Assembly (NCBI GenBank): GCA_964485475.1
Contig: CAZAKB010000002.1
Location: 1-59,749, forward strand
Direction: 5' to 3'
From: an uncultured bacterium
Lineage (GTDB): Bacteria > Fidelibacterota > UBA2242
Length of the DNA: 59,749 bases
Below, piece after piece: positions 19,378-27,680 of the stretch. The first letter of the stretch is position 1. The number at the start of each line of letters is the position of its first letter. A program made the translations under genes and the position numbers. The notes under the pieces are model-generated. The model was not told the DNA's origin. It made no database searches and saw only the letters and a list, made by a program, of their open reading frames with translations.

Positions 19378-20532
19378 TTATTTATCATTCAAATCAGCCG
19401 GTCCGTAAAGCAGATAATCCTTTTCAAACCATTGTTTTTCGTCAAATATATCCGATACCGGACGTTTTTCCCACCCGGTCTTTATTTTATTTTGGAGAGC
19501 ACTCCAGTCTGGGATTCCAGAGCTGGCATCTATCGTCTCCACACTGCAGGCACCAACAGCAATGGCCGTGTTGATTGTATTTTCAGGATTATTTCCTTTG
19601 ATAAGTGATGCCAGAAATCCGGCAATGGTGGCGTCTCCGGAGCCGGTCGCACCTTTGACATCGACCTTATAACAAGGCGAATAGATTTCCCGGTTGGTCC
19701 ATTGGTGCACATCCGGCACTATTTTTCCTAGTCGCTGCAGGTCACCGGACGTTCTCAGATAAAATCCCTGATCACCGAGTTTCAGGCCAACGATACAAGC
19801 CCCAAGATCAATCAACTCTCCCGAGATTCCTGATAATGTCTCGCCGGACAATTCTTTGCTGGTACCATATCCCAACATGAATCGAATTTCATCCAGGCTG
19901 GGCAGAAAGATATCCACAAACGGTAATACCCGTTCCAAAATTCTTCGCCAATCTACTTTTCCGGCATGGGAATTCGGGTCGGGATAGGCCATGTCCAGGG
20001 AGCTGATAATCCCGGCAGATTTGACTTTTTGGAATAGAGATATAAGTTCTTCTCCGGTATTTTCAAACATCTGTCGCATCAATGGTGGATAACCAAAATG
20101 AAACAGGCTTATTCCACGGAGATCATTATCCGAAATATCACAGGATGAGTACGTATTATTACATCCGGGATGATGCCAGAAACTGCGATCCCTTCCCGGT
20201 GGATTTACCACGATAGTATAAGAACTGGATTCGCCCGGGACCGGTTTCATGTTTTTGGTCAATGCAATATCTATTTCATTGAATCGGTTAAGGATAGCCT
20301 GACCAAATAGATCGTCGCCGACTTTTCCCAGCAATCGGGTTTTCATACCAATTTTATGAAGTGCAATTCCGACATTTGACACCGCTCCGCCAGTGGATAA
20401 ACAGGCTGATCCGATTTCCAGTAATTTTCCCGGTTCAATTAAATTGACGCTCGGGTTCGTTCCGATCTCCGGAATAATATCCAGGCAAACATGTCCGGCA
20501 ACTGCGATAATGATATCTTTTTCTAAACTCAT
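19378..20532 (-). CDS. PfkB-family carbohydrate kinase
   Basis: 384 aa with an N-terminal GG motif region (LSTGGAVSNVG) and the C-terminal GATGSGDATIAGF signature. Confidence 0.85.
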   Translation of the reverse strand: MSLEKDIIIAVAGHVCLDIIPEIGTNPSVNLIEPGKLLEIGSACLSTGGAVSNVGIALHKIGMKTRLLGKVGDDLFGQAILNRFNEIDIALTKNMKPVPGESSSYTIVVNPPGRDRSFWHHPGCNNTYSSCDISDNDLRGISLFHFGYPPLMRQMFENTGEELISLFQKVKSAGIISSLDMAYPDPNSHAGKVDWRRILERVLPFVDIFLPSLDEIRFMLGYGTSKELSGETLSGISGELIDLGACIVGLKLGDQGFYLRTSGDLQRLGKIVPDVHQWTNREIYSPCYKVDVKGATGSGDATIAGFLASLIKGNNPENTINTAIAVGACSVETIDASSGIPDWSALQNKIKTGWEKRPVSDIFDEKQWFEKDYLLYGPADLNDK

Positions 20533-21549
20533 CTACACTCTAATTGGGTACTGACCAAAATCTTCAACGGCTTTCAGCATAGCTTTATAATTTTCAACCG
20601 GCACATATTTGGCCACGGAATTACTGGAACCAATGGCAAATCCTCCTCCAGGTGCAATTTCCACGATTCGCTTTTTAACATATTCCCGGATTTCGCCCGT
20701 TGTTCCACGGGCCAACGGATAATCCATATCAACAGTGCCCAGTAATGCCAATTTTCCTTTCACTTGCTTTTTTAATTCCACAACATCCCAGGCTTTAGGT
20801 TCAATCGGGTGAATCGCATCAAATCCCATGGCGATATAATCATCCAGCAAAGGCGCCTGGTTTCCATCTGAGTGAAAGAAAAACATTTTTCCATGTTCAT
20901 GGGCCAAGGCTGCATATTTCTCGTACCATGGAAACAAATATTTACGAATAACATCCGGTGACATGATCAATGCCTCGGTATATGCAATATCGTCAGAAAG
21001 CCAAATCCCACCGATATGTTCCTCTCTAATAACCTTGTCATACATCGCTAGTAAACTTGCTCCAAGACTGTCACAAATGTTGCGGATATATTCCGGGTCC
21101 TCAAATAATCCCAACATGAATTTCTCATATCCAACGTTAATCCAGGCATGTTCATAAATTCCACCCTGTGGTGCAAATATTACCTTCATTCCCTCCGGTA
21201 AAATTTCACCGGCTTTATCAATATCACCGTAATCTATGCTGTTCGTAAACTTCTCCGTTTCAGCCTGAAAATCCGCCTTGGGATCTTTTAACCAGCCCTG
21301 GAAAAACTCGTACCTCGGTGACAGTCGCAGATAATCATAGCCGGCAGCCTGCCAGAAGTAAATGTCTTTTTGAACATCGAATCCTTTTTTTCGACAATCG
21401 TATTCGGTTATATTATCCTCCATAAACGTGGCCTTAATTTCCGGATCAATCCAGAGTTCCACAAGCGGCAGGCGATCCGGCTCTGCATGTCTGACTGCCT
21501 TTATCATCCGGTTAAAACCAGGATTTCTTTGCATTGATTTATCTTTCAA
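20533..21549 (-). CDS. URO-D/MtaA-like protein, paralog B (H-S-D-G variant)
   Basis: 338 aa with RMIKAVRHAEPDRLPLVE at the N-terminus and FFFHSDGNQAPLLDDYIAMGFDAIHPIE. It abuts the kinase gene with no gap. Confidence 0.8.
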   Translation of the reverse strand: MKDKSMQRNPGFNRMIKAVRHAEPDRLPLVELWIDPEIKATFMEDNITEYDCRKKGFDVQKDIYFWQAAGYDYLRLSPRYEFFQGWLKDPKADFQAETEKFTNSIDYGDIDKAGEILPEGMKVIFAPQGGIYEHAWINVGYEKFMLGLFEDPEYIRNICDSLGASLLAMYDKVIREEHIGGIWLSDDIAYTEALIMSPDVIRKYLFPWYEKYAALAHEHGKMFFFHSDGNQAPLLDDYIAMGFDAIHPIEPKAWDVVELKKQVKGKLALLGTVDMDYPLARGTTGEIREYVKKRIVEIAPGGGFAIGSSNSVAKYVPVENYKAMLKAVEDFGQYPIRV

Positions 21550-23390
21550 TCATTAGGGTCATTCAGTGGTTTCGTAATCCCCACATCGGGCCTGATAAAG
21601 ACCAGCAATAGTTTGCAACTTCGTTTACCTTTATTCCTCACATGGAAATTTTTCGCCGCCGCCGGAACAATCATTGATTCTGCCCACGCCAGCGGATATT
21701 CACGGCCATTGGCGGTTTGAATAATGACAGTTTCACCTTCCACCAAATTCAGAGCAAAAGCAGTGTCGTTGGTTTCCATTTGGAAAACATCATCGAATTC
21801 AACTCGCTCAACCGTCCACCAGTTTTCCTTCTGGTCAGCGAGTAAATATTTTTTCCAGTGGTCATTTGCTTCGATTAAAATTGGTTTGGCAATTAGGTTT
21901 TCCTTAACCCATTTACCACGACGCTCAAAGCGAATATTCTGCCAGGCACGTTCAATGTTCAGCGGGCGGAATTTGCCCTCCAGATCACGTCGCATCCAAT
22001 CATAAATTTTAAACGTAAATATATATGTCGTCGCGCTGATCTCTAGCACCAAATTATCCTTACCGCTGCCATGAATTGTACCGTTGGGAATCAAAAACAT
22101 GTCATGCGGTTTGGACAGTTCACTGTTGACAAATCGGTCAATATCCACTTCCCTGCCGAATTCAGCGGATTTCGTAACGGCCTTATAAAATTCATCTGGG
22201 TCACAATCATCGGTAAGGCCGATATAAACCCTTGCACCGGGTTTGGCATTAAGGATATAATAGGATTCATCCTGTGTAAATGTTTCTCCAAATTCTCGCC
22301 GGACAAAATTCGGCCGTGGATGAACCTGCGTCGATAGATTGCCACCATCGATTGTATCAAGGTAATCCAATCGAATCGGCCACTCATACCGAAATTGCCG
22401 GGCGGCTTGTTTCCCGAGTACTTTTTCTTTCTCATGATACATCAGGAAGTCGAAAGAGAACTCAAGCCGTTTACCATCACTCTCGAGGATAATCCCGTTT
22501 TCAGGGGTAATAATTTCAAAAGACGTGGAAAGGTTGACTTTATCCTGATGAATTCCGAAATGACCCTGCATAAAATGGCCACCCCAGGGACCCGAATAAT
22601 ACCACGGTCGCACCCGAAATGCAGAACAGGCCAAATCCTTCAGATTCTCACGGAACTCACCACCTGAAATAAACATCGGATTCTCAGGTAATTGAAGGTC
22701 GATTAGCAGGTCAATATTATTCACAATCTGTTTTTTATGCCGGTTCAGAGCCGGCCATTCCACAAAATAGGCTCTTTTATAAAATGGTTCAAAGCCTTGA
22801 TAGTCACTTGCGCCAATATTGCGAGTCCGTCCCGCTTTGGCATTATTCTGAATGACATCTTTCGGGATATCGATATACCATAAACAATCCCAGACCTCTA
22901 TCAATCCGACACCTAATCCATAGAAAATTGTCAGTTTACCGGATTCGTCACCCCGTAATATAGATGCCTGGATACGCCGATCGGCAATCTTTCCGGCATT
23001 AAAAAACACCTCAATCCCGAAGGGGAACTGTCTGCCAAAAATTCGATCATCACCACCCAAAAATGGTTCAATCCGATTGAATATCATCGTTTCATCGGCC
23101 TGGCATTCAGCCATATTAACCCATGTCGGACTTATACCTTCTTTTTTCAGTGTTTGAGACAACTCACCTCGAAATTTTGTCCAGTCTATTCCGTGATATC
23201 CATCTATCGCCAATACCCGTAAACCGCTATTGATCCGCTGGATTATTCTTTCAGCCAAAGCCAGATAGCCGCCTTCTATTTTTCCATTTTTAACAGTAAA
23301 TGCTGGAAATGGGTCATACAATCCCCGTGGATACTCGGTCAGGTCAGACGGAATCGGCGCAGCCAAAGCATTATTTAAATCTTTAGTCAT
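21546..23390 (-). CDS. Class I mannose-6-phosphate isomerase-like protein with a roughly 270-aa N-terminal extension
   Basis: 614 aa. The cupin/PMI blocks LSTQVHP, DESYYIL and LIPNGTIHGSG lie in the C-terminal half. The N-terminal half is unassigned. Confidence 0.7.
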   Translation of the reverse strand: MTKDLNNALAAPIPSDLTEYPRGLYDPFPAFTVKNGKIEGGYLALAERIIQRINSGLRVLAIDGYHGIDWTKFRGELSQTLKKEGISPTWVNMAECQADETMIFNRIEPFLGGDDRIFGRQFPFGIEVFFNAGKIADRRIQASILRGDESGKLTIFYGLGVGLIEVWDCLWYIDIPKDVIQNNAKAGRTRNIGASDYQGFEPFYKRAYFVEWPALNRHKKQIVNNIDLLIDLQLPENPMFISGGEFRENLKDLACSAFRVRPWYYSGPWGGHFMQGHFGIHQDKVNLSTSFEIITPENGIILESDGKRLEFSFDFLMYHEKEKVLGKQAARQFRYEWPIRLDYLDTIDGGNLSTQVHPRPNFVRREFGETFTQDESYYILNAKPGARVYIGLTDDCDPDEFYKAVTKSAEFGREVDIDRFVNSELSKPHDMFLIPNGTIHGSGKDNLVLEISATTYIFTFKIYDWMRRDLEGKFRPLNIERAWQNIRFERRGKWVKENLIAKPILIEANDHWKKYLLADQKENWWTVERVEFDDVFQMETNDTAFALNLVEGETVIIQTANGREYPLAWAESMIVPAAAKNFHVRNKGKRSCKLLLVFIRPDVGITKPLNDPND

Positions 23391-24322
23391 AATTGAATTT
23401 CTTTATTATTAGGATGATTATGCATTGGATGGAACGCGATACCCAGTGCCGCAGCGCGGTTTCCGAGTACATCTGATCGGATTTTAACATTCCCCCGCGG
23501 GAACGTCCATGCCATTTTTTGTACTGCCTTAATCAGTTCTGGCAGAATCAGGTCTGCTGAATTCATGACGCCACCACCAATAACAACCACCTGGGGACCG
23601 TAGGCATGGATTATATTAACAATACCCAGCGCCAGATTGCTCTGAAACATTGCCAGCGTCTGACTGTATTTCATATTTCCATTGCGGACTTCATCGAAAA
23701 ACCTGGGCAGTATTTCATCAGTACCGAACAATTCGGGATGGGCGTCTATTATACACTGCATGAAAGCCGTCGCGGAGCAATAGGATTCAAGACAACCACG
23801 ACTGCCACAGGCACAGACCGGGCCATTTCTGTCAATACTGATATGGCCGCCAAGCAAACCGCCAGCGGGATCAGCGCCCATATAGGGTTTGCCATCAACT
23901 ATCAAAGCCGAACCAATGCCGGTCCCCAACGTCAGACATACAAAAGGATTACTGCCACGCCCCGCACCAAACAACCATTCACCCCAGGCATACGCCCGGG
24001 CATCATTGTCGACGGCAAAGGGAAAACCAAGTTTCTCTTTAAAGACACTGCAAAGATCAAGGCCAGGGAAAAATTGTGCTTCACCAATGTCACGATGCCA
24101 GATTCCGGTTTGGGGATCAACCAACCCCTTGACAGCCAATCCGCCTTTTTCTACGGGATATTTTCCGATGAAATTCCGGGCAGCCTCGACGAGGTTTTCC
24201 AGTAAACGATCACCGCGATTCAGATCAGCAAGTTTCACCTGCTGAAATGCAATTTCATGACCATCTTCCTCGAAGATACCAAATTTGACATGAGTTCCGC
24301 CAAAATCAATTCCGAGCCGCAT
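23387..24322 (-). CDS. ROK-family sugar kinase
   Basis: 311 aa with MRLGIDFGGTHVKFG (ATP-binding) and the CACGSRGCLE zinc motif. Confidence 0.85.
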   Translation of the reverse strand: MRLGIDFGGTHVKFGIFEEDGHEIAFQQVKLADLNRGDRLLENLVEAARNFIGKYPVEKGGLAVKGLVDPQTGIWHRDIGEAQFFPGLDLCSVFKEKLGFPFAVDNDARAYAWGEWLFGAGRGSNPFVCLTLGTGIGSALIVDGKPYMGADPAGGLLGGHISIDRNGPVCACGSRGCLESYCSATAFMQCIIDAHPELFGTDEILPRFFDEVRNGNMKYSQTLAMFQSNLALGIVNIIHAYGPQVVVIGGGVMNSADLILPELIKAVQKMAWTFPRGNVKIRSDVLGNRAAALGIAFHPMHNHPNNKEIQL

Positions 24323-24333
24323 TCCTGAATCCT

Positions 24334-25590
24334 TTAATCAGTAAAATAATATTCTAGGGCATCAATTAAATGACGCCGCCAACTACCCCAGGTATGGCCT
24401 TCGTGATATTCTTTGTAAACCAAATTGTTGTTTTTTCCTTCTAGAACCTTTTTCAAACGACGAGCGGCTTCCAAAAAATTGGTCTCTTCTTTTGGCAGAA
24501 AATTTCCACCAACCACTCTCTCATAAGTCCCGACATCTACCCAGAATCGAACGTTCCTTTTTTCTGAAGCATTAATCTCCCGTATCAGCTGATCATTAAA
24601 ACAAGAGTAATATCCGGATTGTCCATAGGCATTACCGAATACGTCTGATCGTTTAAACCCGATAGCAACGGAGATTAGCCCACCATAAGAATCCCCGGCA
24701 ACTAACCGCTGATCAGGCAATTGAATAGTCGCATAAGATTTATCTATAAATGGTACCAGTTCATCACAGAAAAACCGCACATAATCATCATTTAATCCGT
24801 ACTCTGTAGTCCGGTTTGGCATTTCCGGTTTGAAGCGGTTGGGCGGTTGGACAAAAACTGCGATCATCGGCTTGATCTTACCGGCATTGATCAGACCGTC
24901 CAAAACTGTTGGAATATGGGCAAATTCGATATAATCCTGACCGTCCTGCAGATACAGCGCCGGATAGGCCTGATCAGTGGAATATTCTGGCGGCAGATAG
25001 ACAAAAACATCGTGAGAATAGCCCAGAATTTCCGATTCATGGACATGTTTTATTACCTGTTTTAAATCGCTCTTCTTTCCGAAGATAAATGGTTTAAACA
25101 ATGGATGTCGTTCGTACTTCGGCATCGCCAATTCGGAAAATGGCCCGAAACCGTTGAGTACTTTATATGGATTCAGCGGATCAGGAAAAGGAAAACCGTC
25201 TTTAGTAATGGAAATGCCGTATTCCAGACGGGCATCGGGTTCTAAGACTAAACGTTTATAGTACAAATCAGTGGCCGGAATATTCTCCATTGCAATAAAA
25301 TCCGCCCAACACGTCATATCACCATTAAGAACAATACCCTGATCGTTCCCCTGATAAAGCAGCACAACCGTGGAATCGTTTTCAAAAATCGGGTAATCCC
25401 CTATTCGGCAATCCCGGATTAATTCATTGGCGGCAATTTGTTTATCCAGCGGATTTTCCATGAATTTGATCTTATTCTGAAACTCAATAAATAAACGATT
25501 ATTGGACACATTATCTGTCGAACAATTCATCAATCCACTCCCAAATATAACCATTAGCATCATGTAACTAATAAATTTACTATTTTTCAT
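24334..25590 (-). CDS. Exported esterase (PF00756-type alpha/beta hydrolase with N-terminal Ig-like module)
   Basis: 418 aa. The leader ends in LMNCS, and the nucleophile elbow is GDSYGG. Overall layout is like enterochelin/feruloyl-type putative esterases. Confidence 0.7.
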   Translation of the reverse strand: MKNSKFISYMMLMVIFGSGLMNCSTDNVSNNRLFIEFQNKIKFMENPLDKQIAANELIRDCRIGDYPIFENDSTVVLLYQGNDQGIVLNGDMTCWADFIAMENIPATDLYYKRLVLEPDARLEYGISITKDGFPFPDPLNPYKVLNGFGPFSELAMPKYERHPLFKPFIFGKKSDLKQVIKHVHESEILGYSHDVFVYLPPEYSTDQAYPALYLQDGQDYIEFAHIPTVLDGLINAGKIKPMIAVFVQPPNRFKPEMPNRTTEYGLNDDYVRFFCDELVPFIDKSYATIQLPDQRLVAGDSYGGLISVAIGFKRSDVFGNAYGQSGYYSCFNDQLIREINASEKRNVRFWVDVGTYERVVGGNFLPKEETNFLEAARRLKKVLEGKNNNLVYKEYHEGHTWGSWRRHLIDALEYYFTD

Positions 25591-27664
25591 TACCTATCTC
25601 CCTCATTCCGGATTTATTGACAGCATAGCGTTTTCCCTGAAAGCGCAAATTTAATAGTTCTGCATTGGCATCGAATTCCTGAAAATCCGGTTTTGCACTT
25701 ATTGTTTTCAACGTTGAATTCACACCGAATATCGATTCGATAATAACATTCACAAATGCTCCGCCACCGGAGACAGCCCAATCGCACATAAACGGCGGCT
25801 CCGGCGGACATTTAATCGCCCCGCCGTTTTCGGCAGGAACCGCAGATTCCACGAAATGCGCCTGGCCGAACGGCCCCTGGTTAGCGCTTTTCGCAACACC
25901 TTTCAACCAGCGGAATGCCTCTTTTCCGCGCCCGATTTTGTACAATGCCGTTGCCGCCTGAGCGGGCCAAGCCGGATACGCGCCATTCCATTGATGGTCA
26001 GGCCGGACACTGAACATAGCATTATCATCAAACGGCGAAATAGCCCTGAGCCAATTATTTGTTTTCAGTTCGTCATTAAAAAACCGATACATCTCGCTTT
26101 TTTGAACATCACTTAGATCATCGCTAATAGTATTCAGAATTGTGATAAAGTCATAGATATGCCGGACCTCGACCATTTTTCCATCGGGAAAACGGGCATG
26201 CCAGTATCCGCCACCCGGCTTATATAATTTTTGCAGATCAGGTAGCAGTGCCTCGGCGGTACGACGGTGATCAGCGGCATTTTTTGAATTTCCCGTCATT
26301 TCCAGAATATCCGCCATAAACCGCAGATTATGAACATTGCCGGCATTAAGACTGGCGACTTCATGAATATAGGTACTGACGCATTCCAATAAATTATTTA
26401 TTCCGCCGTAATCGGCCAAACCATTTTTGCTCTTAAAATAATTCCAGCTATCTGCATACTTACGAAAGTAGTCGATCACCTTCATTGATAACGATGGATC
26501 TTTTGGATTTCTGATACACTTATTCAGCCAATCATATCGGCCATTCCAACTTAAAAAATACCGCGACATTGAGAGCATCGCAAAATCATTCACCGAATAC
26601 CAGGGTCCCACTGGTCCATCCGTCAAATACTCGGTACCAAAATGATGGTGCGTGTCCATCAGCATCCAGCGTTCTAAATATTTCTGCATAACATCGGGAT
26701 CCAGAAGCGCATGCACCATTTGACTAAGATGATAATCCCAGATAAATGTCACCGTTTGCCAGTATTTTGGCACGAGTGTATCGTACGCCCGACCGTATTT
26801 TGAATATGGATTATCCCGCTTGAAATATATAACACTGAGAATAGCCATATAATATAATCTTAAAATGTCCTGATCATTGGTTAACAATGTCGGTAAATAA
26901 CCAGAATAGCGACTATTACCCGGTGTAAATACGGCTTGTAATTCAGAATTCCAATCCCGCTCAGTTTTCAGAATTTCATTGACCGGATGAGCTGCAACCT
27001 CATCGTAAATCTGACATATTTCTTTCTCTTCGCTGCCAATCACGGAGATAAAATAAACGGTCTGATTGTCACCGGCTTCGAGGTGAAGCATTTTTTCAAG
27101 TGCAATTGGAGAAACACGATCAGCCTTTTTACTTAAACCCTGAATTTGAATCGCTTTGCTGTTTCGGGCACTGAAAAGTACGGCTGAGCGGTTCTCATAA
27201 ACAGTCACTTTATTATCAGATTCATGAGGAGGCATAAAATTCGCCCATTTGTCAAGGGCAAACGTAACTGAACCCGCAATACCAAACTTCAATTTTACAT
27301 CATGAACAGTTCCCGACCGATTTTCTACAGATAGATGAACAATCACTCCATTTTTCCCAGTTAGCATAACTGTCTCGGATTTCAAAAACAGTCCTTGATA
27401 TTCGGCTTCCCGGATAATTTTATCCGGCTGCCAGTAATATGTCACCGGACAATTCAGAGACGGAAAGTAACGCCCATTCAGAAAAAGGCCGGCTGTCACC
27501 GTATCGGCTGTACCAAACGGTGGAAAATTGAGGCTGGAAATCCCCGTAATATCCCTGCTAACCTGCATAGCACCGACAAAATTCGTCAATCCTGGCGGAT
27601 TAAAAAGATCACTAAAACTATGGATCATCGGACTGCTGACCAGATCTTTGACAGTGGGAATCAT
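25580..27664 (-). CDS. Unassigned 694-aa cytoplasmic protein; possible beta-sandwich plus (alpha/alpha)6 glycoside hydrolase/phosphorylase-like fold
   Basis: Long uninterrupted ORF with an 11-nt overlap to the downstream gene. I recognise no family motif. The Trp/aromatic-rich helical C-terminal two-thirds (FIWDYHLSQMVHALLD, HQWNGAYPAWPAQAATALYKIG) suggests a six-hairpin fold. The function is a guess. Confidence 0.35.
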   Translation of the reverse strand: MIPTVKDLVSSPMIHSFSDLFNPPGLTNFVGAMQVSRDITGISSLNFPPFGTADTVTAGLFLNGRYFPSLNCPVTYYWQPDKIIREAEYQGLFLKSETVMLTGKNGVIVHLSVENRSGTVHDVKLKFGIAGSVTFALDKWANFMPPHESDNKVTVYENRSAVLFSARNSKAIQIQGLSKKADRVSPIALEKMLHLEAGDNQTVYFISVIGSEEKEICQIYDEVAAHPVNEILKTERDWNSELQAVFTPGNSRYSGYLPTLLTNDQDILRLYYMAILSVIYFKRDNPYSKYGRAYDTLVPKYWQTVTFIWDYHLSQMVHALLDPDVMQKYLERWMLMDTHHHFGTEYLTDGPVGPWYSVNDFAMLSMSRYFLSWNGRYDWLNKCIRNPKDPSLSMKVIDYFRKYADSWNYFKSKNGLADYGGINNLLECVSTYIHEVASLNAGNVHNLRFMADILEMTGNSKNAADHRRTAEALLPDLQKLYKPGGGYWHARFPDGKMVEVRHIYDFITILNTISDDLSDVQKSEMYRFFNDELKTNNWLRAISPFDDNAMFSVRPDHQWNGAYPAWPAQAATALYKIGRGKEAFRWLKGVAKSANQGPFGQAHFVESAVPAENGGAIKCPPEPPFMCDWAVSGGGAFVNVIIESIFGVNSTLKTISAKPDFQEFDANAELLNLRFQGKRYAVNKSGMREIGNEK

Positions 27665-27680
27665 TGTGTAAATATTATCC

